Part shown: in pieces, positions 1-12,503 of the stretch | Numbering within the stretch: position 1 is the stretch's first letter | Layout of the letters: every line of letters begins with the position of its first letter | DNA from: Azolla caroliniana | Taxonomy: Eukaryota > Plantae > Polypodiophyta | DNA length: 64,000 nt | Reading direction: 5' to 3' | Assembly (NCBI GenBank): GCA_043228905.1 | Contig: JBHGNT010000009.1 | Coordinates: 5,456,001-5,520,000, forward strand | Position numbers and translations under genes: made by a program | The notes under the pieces: model-generated | Database searches by the model: none | What the model was told of the DNA's origin: nothing | Seen by the model: the letters and a program-made list of their open reading frames with translations, nothing else

Positions 1-875
1 ATTTATTGAGAGGGGAAAAAACAAAAAGCTTTTTTAATTATTCTTTATTGTATTTAGAATCTACTCAGTTGTTTTTTTCCAAAACTTTATTTTTTTTATT
101 TTTTTCCCAAAAAAAACTCCTTTCATTACTTATAAAATTTTACAAATGAGACTATTTTTTATTTTTATTCTTTTTACTCTTTCTCTTTTTAAAATTATTT
201 ATCGAATCAATCATACATAGGCTTCTTCATTTTATTTTTCTCCATAATCTGCTGCTTTTCTAAGCCTGGATTAGGGGGGTGGACAGAGTATCAGTGCAGT
301 AATTAATCATTAATCCCTCGCGATCATCACGCCCTTCTTCATGTGCTTCTAAAAGGATTCATTAATTAGCGACTGCTAATTGCTAATCAGGCTCTTATTA
401 TTCTATTAAGTCTCCCTTGCACATCTTAACTCCTCTTCTTGATTTTTCTATCCCAAAAAAATAAAAACAAAAGAGATTTCATTTGGATTCCTCAACTGTT
501 TTTTTGGTTTCTTTAAGATACGCAGATTTGTTTGTTTGCTTGCTTTTTTTTTTGTTTTATTATTTTAAACTTTAAAATCCTGATATTTTCTTACATAGCA
601 TTTGACTTCAATTAAAAAGAGTGGATTTACCTGCTGATTGCTTCTTCTTCTTCTTCTTTTGAATAAATTTTTTCCCTGGTCTTTTTAGTTTGATAATTTC
701 CTCAACATAGAAATTAATTCTTTGTCCCCCTAAACATATCATTCCGGGTTTTGAGAAAGAGAGAGAGAGAGAGAGGATTTTGTCTATATGCATCTACTAC
801 ACATTGATCGGCTAACTCATGTCAAATATGTGTATTTCATTTGATCCATCCATCCATAGAAGACATTCCTTCAAT

Positions 876-1103
876 TCGATCCATCCGTTGAAGGTGCACA
901 TTCATTCATTTGATTCGATCCATTCATTGAAGGGTGCACATTCATTCATTTGATTCAATCCATCCATTGAAGGGTGTGCATTCCATTCATTCGATTCGAT
1001 CCAGCCATTGAAGGTGCACATTCCATTCATTCGCTTTGATCCATCCATTGAAGGTGCACATTTCATTCCTTTGATCCGATCCATCCATTTGCAGGTGCAA
1101 GTT
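876..1103. repeat. ~40-bp minisatellite, about 5.5 copies (TTCGATCCATCCATTGAAGGTGCACATTCATTCATTTGA-like)
   Basis: Head-to-tail units start at about 876, 914, 954, 995, 1035 and 1075, with no unique spacers. Confidence 0.9.
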
Positions 1104-2626
1104 TCGGTCGATCAATAGAATAAAGTCAAGCAAAACACCCAATTTTCACCCGTCATTCGCAAAACACCTTTTCTTTTTGTCTCGTTCATTGCCTGATAGC
1201 CTCGGAGCATTTCAATAGAAGCCTCTCTAGCATGCCATGTTATCATAATTTTAGTTGTGTATCGACTGAGGATTGCAGGAATCGCTACTACACCCATATG
1301 ATTGCCAAGATTGAATGGTATTTTATGCTAGTTTAAAAAAGAAAAGCTCTAGTTCCAAACATTCTCTTACCACCCATGTTCTCATCTTTTGCTAGAAAAT
1401 GAGCAATGTAGCAGGTTTTATTCTCTCCAAAGCCACCCAAATTCTTAAAGGTTGGATTTCCAAGTATTTTAAAGAGCATCTATCTAACCAATAAAAAAGC
1501 CCTTCTTGTTTAAGGTGAAAGTCGAAACTTTCTCTTTTCTATCCGAATTTTACGGTACGTGGGACTAGGATTTAACAACATTTAGTTAAGGTTTTTAGTG
1601 GGACGTGCCTCTCAAAGCAAATTGTGGCTCATATCCATTTTGATTTCATGTGACGTACCGACGACTGCCCTTGAACCAAAAGTGTGGAAATGTGTTTTTC
1701 CATATTTCTTGTCCTCGTGACAAACTGCAAGCTATAAATGTCCTCAGCTCGTATAATGTATTCATGGGTAGGTACAAGTAGACTTCGCCTCTATTTGCAT
1801 GAGTATAGTGCTTGCCCCTTATTAGCCATGAGTCATAAGCATGTATTGCTTGGCTCACCATGTTGCCACAACGAAAGCTCTTGTGCACTCTTATGACATC
1901 CAAGTTTGATGTCTTCACCCAAAAAAGAAACAAACAAAAGGAAAAGACATGGAACATGCACAAATCAAATAACGTATTCTTAGGTTGGATTCACAAGTAG
2001 ATGTGGTCATAGTGGAATCGTAAAACCCCAATCATGATTAGCCACTCGTGGAAATAACAACATTTCCCAAAATGAGAGTTTCCCATTTGTATCATGAGGG
2101 TTAGCTGCGTTTTCTTACATGCTTTGGGGTTGGTCGGCGTCCATTATTTTGCATTTCCATTCTTACATTTCTCGTCCTTCCTATGTGTTTCTCTCTAGTT
2201 CTTGCATCTCTCATTCCATTAATGCATTGCATGTCTCACATTGGTTCCATTGGTCATATTTGGCCTTCCAAAGTGACAAAGCTTTCGGAACCTTTTGCGC
2301 CATCATAGGAATTTTCTATCATGTAAGTTGCTTCATTTTCCATAGGCCGATTGTCTGGGCTCCAAGAGACCATAACACATTATCATTTATCAAAATCTCT
2401 CATGTGTGGAATGCGTATGTATTTTCTTCTCCCTCTCTGTGTCACGTGGAATGTCGATATATAAAGTCGTACTTTTATTCGGTAGCATTTTTCTATACTA
2501 TAAAATTAGAATATTATTACACTTTTTTTGAACTTTTTTTGGAATCCATATGTAGACTTTTTATATTTACCTTTATGCAAATGCTAGGGGGTAATCAATT
2601 GTGGTAGAAGTGCATTTTTCGAATAT

Positions 2627-2947
2627 CTAACACTTCCACCACGAAATGTACGATGTTGGTAGATTTTTTTCACTTGATAGTGATGGAAACTCACATTTCC
2701 CCCCTCGCCTTAGTGTAAATCTAGTCTTATATTCCACGGGAACTAACTTGCTTGTGTCTAGATTTACAATAACCATATCCTATCGTGCCTTCCATGAAAC
2801 CCCTCCTCTCTTGGCACCAACTTTTGCCTAGAAGAAAAAACCGAGTTTTGCATGGAGTATATATGCCGCATACAATGGAATGGCCCCTGCTTTTATTTCA
2901 CGATGTACGATTGCAAGGAAAACACTTATGTTGGCCAAGGAGGCCAT
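2627..2947 (-). pseudogene. Decayed putative PD-(D/E)xK nuclease (Cas4/RecB/viral exonuclease-like)
   Basis: Frame from ATG 2947 reads MASLANISVFLAIVHREIKAG...RGGVSWKAR*DMVIVNLDTSKLVPVEYKTRF. It has an H..E motif, a D motif and a PVEYKT motif in the expected order, with two in-frame TAG stops. Confidence 0.4.
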
Positions 2948-2995
2948 TAAACACAACTTGTTTTATGCACAAGTAAAACATTTATTAAATGCGCC

Positions 2996-3901
2996 ATGGA
3001 AAAGTTTAAGCTTTGGCTATAATCAAACCCCTCCAAGGAACAAAATCTAAAAGAGTGTGACTCCACTATCTACGGTCAAATATTGGAAGTGAAAAGTGAA
3101 GGAAATGTGGTTAAACTTCTACATGGAGGTTTCTTGCATGTGATAACTTGTTGAGATGTAAAGCTTTAAAAACCACCTCCACAACATATTGTAACCTTCA
3201 ATGTGCACTTATTCAAGTTTCAATTTGGGGTTCTCAAACTTATTTTGCTTTCAATTTGTTATGTCATGTAAGTTACAACACAATCTAAGAATGTTTGCAT
3301 TTTTGAATCAGATTTTGGATTATTCTTACACTTCCAATGTTGTTCTTTGATGGTTCTTACAAAAAATGTTGTCACACATCAAGCAAATGAAATCACATAT
3401 TTGTTCAACAGTTACTCATTAGTTTTTGTAAGGTCCCAATACATGGAGTTCATAGCCAGATATGTTCTATTTTTAGAATGTCAACATCAAGGCGTGCAAC
3501 GTGAAATAGTAAAAAAATATCCATATTAAACTCTCATTGTTAACGATTGGCAATGAAATGTTTTGTCATTTGTCTTGCGCTATATTATATCTAGTGTTGT
3601 TGATGGGATACAAACGTTAAAAAATAATGAAATAGTGTGCTTATGGTCCATGGACATTGTTAATTGTGTTGAATACTTGTGATCAAACGTAAATGAACTG
3701 GGCACATGTCCATGGGTAATGGGAAGGCAATTGTTCAATTATGGGTAGGTTTATGTTGAACACACATGGTGGCAATTATGGATACTTGGTGCTTCACCAA
3801 TTAATTTTCCTTTGTCATCATGTGCACATAAGATTGTGATGTTGATGATTCACACCCATCCTAGTCAGTCATTATGAAAAGCCATCGCCCCTTCTACATA
3901 A
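2996..3901 (+). pseudogene. Decayed ~300-codon ORF of unknown function, divergent from the nuclease-like ORF
   Basis: Single frame from ATG 2996 (MEKFKLWL*SNPSKEQ...) with about 9 internal stops in ~300 codons, roughly half the number expected by chance at this AT content. Confidence 0.4.
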
Positions 3902-4721
3902 TTACTATAATGTGTATTGTGATGCAACATTGTGTCATACCGACATCGATGGTATAAGTAATAGTTATAGGATTGCCAAGTATGTTTCTTTCTAGACGTT
4001 GTCTCTTTTCCATAGGTAAGGTCACATCACTCCAACTATGGGTGTTAACACGTGATATGTTGGAAACACTTTATGGCCAATCCCGTAGACTATAATGCAT
4101 CCTAATCATTACTCGACTTTGGCCCCATGCCACGATATTGATAACAATGAAGCCATATATTGTGATATGTTGGGACCATAGAGTGTGATGCAAATGGCTC
4201 CCAATCATCATCTCCACTAGATGCCAACAATCTTTACTATGAATGTTATACTATTTCACAAGATATTAGTATTTGCATTTGTAATCCATTGAATTTATTC
4301 AATGGATCATGATATATAGGAAATAAACTACACAACCCATTCCATTACACAATTGTCTTGTAGTTTTTATGTAATCTTCTCTCCACATGAGACAACATAG
4401 TTGCTGGATTTAAATAAATCAGTTTGATGCAGCTTCGCCATCATTATCATGTGATATGATTGATTGTTGTAGTTTAACTCACATCAACATTAGTCATTCA
4501 CATCACAAGTGTTAGAATTAAAACGAAGTGTGACGCGGTGGAAACACCTAACATATTAGCCCATTAAGTTGGTGTGATCAAAATTTACTCTACTTTCTAA
4601 AAAACGTTTATATACAAGGTTACATTGTTGTGTTAATCCACTCTAATCTCTATCATGAGGTTTTTTTTGCAATGAACGGTGTTTGTATGTAGGATATTGG
4701 TTTTGAAACTATACTAACAAC

Positions 4722-4885
4722 ATGTATTCTCCATGCAAAAACCAACACATTAGGTGCCACTGATAGGATTAAAAGGAAAAAACCTATTAATATGTATTCT
4801 CCATGCAAAGATTAACTGCATTAGGTGCCATTCATAGGATTAAAACAAGAGATGCCACTCATAGGATTAAAACAAGAGAACTTAT
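4722..4885. repeat. ~70-bp tandem duplication with an extra ~27-bp sub-duplication
   Basis: ATGTATTCTCCATGCAAA...TTAGGTGCCA..ATAGGATTAAAA at 4722 and 4792, and CATAGGATTAAAACAAGAGA occurs twice. Confidence 0.85.
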
Positions 4886-7800
4886 TGTTGTTGATTATGT
4901 CTTTGAGCATTAAGTTGGATAAGTAAGCAAGACATATGTCATTTCAAGACGTCATAACAATGAGAGTAGCACGTGTAAAGGTCTTTCTCCTTTTACCATT
5001 CCCAAATATTTATATTCTCTTTGAGCTTTTTGTTTCCTTTTTCATAATTTATAGCATCACATTGCGATGTAGTACGTTTTCACTCATTTGATAAACTATT
5101 ATGCCTCCTCTATCTCTTAAGGTAATAGTATGCAATGGTTTCCCACAATCGATATGTATATATGTGTAATGGTTGATGCTACACAATGTACACAATAAAC
5201 ATCTCGTCATAAGAGTCCACACAGAGGATTAACATATATTGTTATGTAACATATGGATTTTATGTTATCGCGAAACAAGGGGATCTTACATCCCTCTTCT
5301 TCTTCACACCTAATGGTCGCAACCCAACAACCTTTACAACGAGGGTGGTTTGTGCATTATATTCTTCTCTTTCTTCTTGAATGAAAATGAATAGCGTGTC
5401 TATACTTTTGAATTTGGGCACCCATGGTGCTCAATTGATCTTCCAAAGTTTACATATGAAGAGTGAGGGGCTACTTGGCTTCACATCCCTTGGTTATCTT
5501 TATTGAAGATAAGAGTTCATCAAGTTATAAGAATTTCTATTTGTGATCATTAAGAAGACCTTAATCATACCAAAACATTGTGAGAAGAAAATAAGCATTG
5601 ATATGCAGTGTGATTAGAAGAATGTAAAATAAACTTTTAAAACTTGTAAAGCACATTCCTACATGTAGTTCACACATTCATCGCAATGTTGAGGCATCTT
5701 GCTAATATTACAAATTATTCTTCTTGTCGTACATTCAACTTCCTACCATGCTTCTAATTGGTTTTGTTTGGTGCTCTAATATTCATTGTTTGTCAATGGT
5801 GTTAGGTAACATGCTACAACACAAGTAACTAACTCATATGAACTATGGATAAGAGGGAAAGATATGGGTATTTCATATATGATAAATCTTGATATCATTC
5901 GAGTTTGGGCTTTGTTGGACTTTTGTTAAAGCCATTCACTTTTGAAGGCACATAACTATTTAGAACTTCAAAAACTCATAAAGACATTTCAAGAATATTA
6001 TCAAATAATATCATGTAAAAGACAATGCGTCGTTTCATTGACTGGTGCCTTGTTAACAAGACAAAGAAAAATAAGGAGACACTACAATGTACATAAGCAT
6101 AAGGATTGGACATTGTTAAATGAATGTGGTTGACCTTTTTCCGGCACTTATTTCAAGTTCATCAAGAATTCAAGAGGCCACGTCAAAAACAAATAAATTA
6201 AAGGAATGGTTTAATGCATCTAATGTATAAACTAAAGGAACAAAAGACAAAGTGTGACGCATTCTTGAAACGAACATCATTAATGACATGGGATTCATGT
6301 GTTGCGTCTATGCCATGCTTTTATCTTTCAATGAATCTTGAACATTACTCAAGCATTAGATTGTTGAATAAGCTTCTATATATCAATATACCAATGAGTA
6401 TAGCAAACAACCATTTCTGTATGTATTTAATTTGCATTGCAAGTCGCATAGATGTCATATAGTGTTTGTATTACATATATACAATATATACTAATGCACA
6501 TCATACATGGTAGTAGGTACAAATGACACCATAGTCAATTAGCAATACACCTTACTTGGGTAAGATGTTGAATTCTTTTCTCCACTTCCCGATAACAATA
6601 ATATATAGGCTTCCATGTGCTTAGTCCAATAGATTTGTAATACAAGCAAACCCTACTTAAACAACCTCATCAACATTTTGAAGTTTGAAAATTACACGCT
6701 TTGTTCTAGTAATGCATTATCATGGGAAACCTTCAAGTGAGGTGTCCCAAATACACATGGATATGCTCTGCACATTTTGTGGTCATGCAACACACTATGG
6801 TCTGAGCCAATCAAGTGCCTCCTCTCTAGCAAATCAAAGTTTGCAAGCAATGTGAAAACCCTCAACGAATATTTCCACACTTGCTATAGTATCAATGCAT
6901 GATAAGTCTCAACATCATTTTCTAGTTAATGTCACATATACATCAAATGTTGGAAATGCATAAGGTTTGATAATATAGATCATTGGTAATCACCCACATT
7001 TTGGGCTTTCTAGCTAGTTACAACTACGAGAAGGTTTTCACAAGACCCGTCAATAATATCATTGACATGCTTCCAATTGAATGCCATCTATACACCATGT
7101 TTGATGTCAAATTTGTCTTAACAATGCAATTTCTATTGGAGACAAAAGGTTCTATGATGAATATGCACATATGTAGATGTTCCAGGATATATGAGTTATA
7201 TATTGCATCAATGGTATTGTGGAATAAAATTCATGTGATGAGTGAGATGAAGACATCAATTGTCAAAAGATGGATTGATGAAGGCATACAATATCTTCAA
7301 CATTAGAAACACCTTACAAACCTTCAAGTTAAATAAAATCTCCTTTTCAACCCTTAGAATAGAAAAAAGCTCCCATTTAAAAAAACTTTTTCCTACCTCT
7401 TCGTGAATATAAAAGCCACAACCTTAGCTAAGTGATAAGAATGGCACATGATTTGAAGCTTGAACATTTCTTTCCCTCTAAAAATTTAATGCTTAACTTG
7501 CATTATCAAAGTTCTAGTAGATTTAGATTTCGAGGTTAAGTGACACATTTTAAGCCATATTGATTTACCTTTATGGCGGAGAAGGCATGCCAACGCCCAC
7601 ATTTGCTTCATTATGATTAAAAATTGTTATCTTCCCATAATTAAAGTCCATTTGAATAATGTAGAATGTAGAAAAGTTGGAGAATGAATAATTCTTCTCC
7701 GACACTATCTTCTCAAGAGAAGTACGATTTACATCATTGCTCTATATAATTGTAACTTCACGTTGTTCAATGATAATGATTAACAAATCATTTAACATTT

Positions 7801-10762
7801 TCTCTTGTTGAAAGTTGAACCGTAACCATGAAGTAATAAGCAAATGAGATATATTTAATCATAATAAGGTGGGGTTAATCTAATTGCTTTCATAGTCATT
7901 AGGGCATCTTATTGAGATGTAAGGCTTATTTCTCATACCATCGTTAGGGACAAAAGGGTCTGATGGAAGGAACAATTAATGGAAAAAGAAAACATTCATG
8001 TTTTTTTCATGGAGATGAGTTGTAGGTTGTAACCTTTGTAACTTATTGTTGAAACTATACATTATTCTACCTTTTTGTTTGCAATGACAACAAAATTGTT
8101 ACGTGTTAAGTAAAAGAGTATGTAATTGACATTTCGATATGGGTTAGATCCATGGGGTAAATTAAAATTAAGGCATTGTGTTTTTAGAAGTTACTATTGG
8201 AAAAAAAAATAAAAGCCCAATTCTTCTTCCATCTTATTTCTTGGAAATGTTGTCTCGTTTCATCAAACTCTTTCTTGAAAGTATCAATACCTTTGCGTGC
8301 CTTTCTAAACAATGACATCTGGGCGACAGTGCTCTTTGATGTAATTCTTTTACTTGGTATATGTGATGGAATCTCTTCCAACGCATTTCAAAACAGTTGA
8401 TCTCCATTCCATGATCGATAGACATCAAGAGTTACGTATTTATCCATTCATCTGTTTTTGGCTCGGAGTATAGTTATATTTTCTAAGTGAAAAATAGGAA
8501 TTTCCTTCTCTTTTGAATATTCACACAATGATTCGAAAGATTCTTCTATTGTTGCATGACCCGTGGATGCCTTTCAAGCATTAAATGAGTACACTATTTG
8601 TGTGGTTTGTAAGGGTGTTCCGATTTTTCCTTGGATTGTCTCTCTTTCTCTTAGACAATAGTGGCCATTTATATCTCCTAAGTGCATGACATTGGTGGTA
8701 GCCTTTGGGACCATACCTTGCCCTTAGTATTTGCATACTTGATTCCCAAAAACTTAAAGAAACTCTTACCCATAGCTCTTGACCATGGCCCCAAGAGTCT
8801 CCACCATGTTCTATAGATCACAAACCATATTTGCACCCAACCAAAATGATGACCACACAAACCAACGCCAACATATTAGATGCATGTCGTTTATCCCCTT
8901 CATGCATGAGGATCCCTTACTGCAGCCATTTGGGATTCCAACATTCTAAGTTGAATACATGGATGTCAACCCTAAAACTAAATTAGGATACTCTCTCTTT
9001 CTCTCTAGAATCCCTTGGGGCCCCACGGGCCACTGCCTCTAGTTTCAGTATGATATCCAATATCATACATATGGGTGGGCCATTCCAATTTTCTAGGGAT
9101 AAAAATTACTCTTTTGCTCTACCCCTAATTGTTTCTTTATCGTCTCCAAGGTCCTATACATGTGAGCTTCAACTATCCTTCATATCTCATACGAATAATA
9201 ATCTTTAATGCATTCCTCCACAAGACATATTCCATTACCTTTCCTCTCATTCATCTTGCGTTAACTTACTTTTTGGTTTTTGTATGGGTTATATTTTAAC
9301 CACATTATACATCTTCCAATGTCCACCACACACACCCTTGGGCTTATGAGCCATTATTAGCTCACCACATTTTAAATGCTACACAAATAGAATTTCCGGA
9401 AGATCCCAATCCCCTTCCTTGATTTATTGATATGATTTAACAAATAGAGTCCTTTTTATCAAAAGATAGGGTGGTGCAACTAAAAGCATATTGGCCATGC
9501 TATAATGAATTATGTATCAATTCCTCGCTAGCATATTTAAGAAACTTATACAATAACTCACGAGAAAAGTCTCGCAAACATGTTCGCCATACGTGCCATG
9601 GTAACCACATGTGATGAGGAAGCAAATGAAGTCATAGGATGGGATATGATCCATGAATGCACATCAATTATTTGTCCACCTATAATGCAACTAATAATCT
9701 TACCCATTAAAAAGGAAAGTGATGGTGCAACTTCCACCCTTGGCCTCCTGAGATTCGGCGCATGAAATTCGATGCGCGCATAGAAAGAGAACGTGGTGCA
9801 AAGTTAATAGTAGTGTCATACATGCATGTCTTTGTCATTATTATTTTTCTTACTTTATATTCTTCCTTGCAGCATTAACTTCCCTTCTTGAGATATTAAT
9901 CCACCTTCACATCATTTATTGTTAGATACATTGCATACATAGTGGCATTTGCACTTTTTGTTTCCAAGTAATAATACAACAATTGGGCGATAGAACCATC
10001 ATAACTCGAATGCAACATGGTTGTGTCATATACTTTAGAAAACCAACATGTTTCGTGTCCACATGTTGTGTCATTATGGCTTTCAAGATGCTAGAATAGA
10101 GGGGAATACTAGATGCAAATCTTCAAATTGTATAACCCAAGGGCGAGAAAGATAATGTTTAGGTGCTCCACTATAATAATTGGATAAACTAATTTATGCA
10201 TGATTTGTGAGTGGCATAGCCAATTTTAGAACAAACATAAATGAAACAAACAATAGATTATGGTAGTTATAAGGCATGTCATGCAACTTCCTAGTGACCA
10301 ACAAATGCATGTTCTTGAGCAATCTAGCTCATGATCAATTTTCCTCACCACAACGTTTGGCCTAGGTATTCATTATTGATGTAAATGCCCAAAGTGAAGG
10401 TTTGTTCCCCATGTAAGAATACTTGGGAACTCTTTCTATGCTCAATACAATTACTATAAGAGTTTTTCTCTTGCTTTGCAAGGGGAGGTGGTAGGCCGGT
10501 GGCACAATCTTTCTCAAGGATTTTCACAAATGATGTTCTAACTCGTCCTTTCATGAGATTGTTTGTTAAACGTGTAGGATTTCCTAGGAACCTATCTTCG
10601 AGTTTTGATACACCAACCCCCCCATCCATCACTGAGGAGAATCATACACTTATTTTGAATTCCTAGGATTAAAATATTTTATTCTTATGAACGATAGCCT
10701 CGTGTTAGATGATTGCATATGGTTACATAGTGGAAACTATGTCCAATTTCCCAAACACATAG

Positions 10763-10980
10763 ACCATTGAGTTCAAACATTGTTTTGCTCTATTGAACTA
10801 ATGTCTACCTTCGAAATTTCCAATCCAATAGAGCAAATCTTTTCAACCAAATACTGGTGTTTCTAGGGTGGCAACTATTTGCATATTGGGCTAGAAAAGA
10901 TGAGTGCTCAATTGGATTGGTAATTTCGAAGGTGGAAACATTCGTTCAAAAGACAGACAATGGGTTAATAGATCATGGTA
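10763..10980. repeat. Imperfect ~220-bp fold-back (MITE-like or hairpin locus)
   Basis: 10793-10835 TTGAACTAATGTCTACCTTCGAAATTTCCAATCCAATAGAGCA is nearly the reverse complement of 10905-10949, and pairing extends both inward and outward. Confidence 0.8.
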
Positions 10981-12503
10981 ACTAATACACCACCAAGTTA
11001 TTTGATGCCAATCAACAATCAATAGACCATCGACGCCTTGAGAACAATGCCCTTGTCCTTAGATACTCACTTTTGTCTATTTGTTGGGGTTGCAAACTCC
11101 ATTATCTTAATGTCCGCTGTTAACATTAAATCTGAGGCTTGAGTTGGACCACATTCATAAGTATTTCTCATGTACTTGGGCCCAATATCAAAGTAGAAGG
11201 AAACACAACGCAATGCAGATTCTATGGTAGTGTACTAAGATATTGTTTGACATTGACTTACGATGCAGGTGGCATGGGTCCTTGGTCGAGACTTGTTGGT
11301 ATTTTGACAAGTGGCATTTGGCTATCCTTAGATTCTCCATACCATGAGATTTGATATAATGGGATAGGCAAGTCATATATTCTCTTATTCAAAGGGCAAC
11401 TCATCATAGCATGGGTAGGGTAGTGTATAATCTTATGATAACAACATAAATTACCAGAGAAAGGTTCCTTATATGGGAGGCCAAGGGATTGGTTGTTCTT
11501 GAGTCCTTCCTTCATAGGTATTGAGACAATATATAGAATAACAAGGTCTCTTCAAGCATTATCTATTCTTCAAATGGACAAGTGCTCAACCTTGGATTTG
11601 AATCAGTATGGTTGGTACTTGGATTGAATGCATTGTCCATGTTCTCCATTCGTGGTCAACATAGCCTAAGCGTTGGTTTTTTTGGCTATGCCTGAATTCA
11701 TGGTTACCTAGCAGGTTTGTCTTTTGATCACTAGAAAATGTATTCATAATGGTATGGTTATTCTGTGGCCATAAGTTGGCTCATAAGACAACATGTCTCT
11801 CACACTCATTATGATGGGAATGATTTGGGCCCCTATGCTGCAAAGATTTGGGTCATGAGTCCATGTCCCTATCTCGACCTCCATTGACTTCAGAATCCCA
11901 TCAAGAAGGATATATGTTCTTGTTTATCTTATAGCATTCGTCGAATGAGGCAGTACTTCTCATAGAGATTTTTCTTCTTTTGTTGAAAGATCAGATTCTG
12001 GGTTTGTTGGATGGCAGTCATGTTGTTACTATGCCGTGGTAGATGCTCAGGATTATCATTGAAAAGATCCACCAATCTGCTAAGCCCTATTACTCCTTTG
12101 CACCTCTCGGTCACAGCACCATATTCTATGATCATGTTATGGCAAGTATGATGCATTTTCACGTCAAACACTCGGAAAACAAAAATATCCTTTCCCAGTA
12201 GAGATTGCATTTATTTGTATATTTCCAAGCAAGGACTAGGCCTGGCACACAAAAGTCTCTGACAATTTTGCATTATGGTGATGCATTACTATTCTCACAA
12301 ACATTATTATGATTACTAAAATATACAGGGTAAGCTGACTTAAAGCTGTACTGGGATCTGTGCCTATATCCCACATTCCCTTCAAAGATTGCAATAATGG
12401 CATATTGATTCCTACAGCAATCAACCAATTTCAAGTTTGATGCCGTGAAAAAACATCGCAATCTTGTCAACGACTTCAAATGGCCCATAATATTGGAAAT
12501 TCA

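Larger units (their letters stand above)
1400..10700. other. Island of decayed, intronless, closely packed ORFs of unknown family on both strands (candidate endogenous viral element or unknown large mobile element)
   Basis: Manual translation gives long frames broken by scattered stops (2996-3901 +, 4897-6200 +, ~9250-6500 -, ~9300-9878 +, ~2400-1646 -, 10632-~9900 -). No RT, integrase or DDE transposase motif recognised. Boundaries approximate. Confidence 0.45.

Noticed and set aside
876-1103. CRISPR-like periodic repeat
   Set aside because: The units are contiguous with no unique spacers, there is no cas operon, and the context is eukaryotic
3590-3630. VVDGIQTLKN as a SNF2/Walker-B-like helicase motif
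   Set aside because: It lacks the catalytic E, and I found no Walker A or other helicase motif in frame
11929-12500. DYW domain, or further PPR or gypsy relics, downstream of the PPR stop
   Set aside because: There is no HxE or CxxC motif. YYGPFEVVDKI and FRVFDVKM are only short, unsupported resemblances
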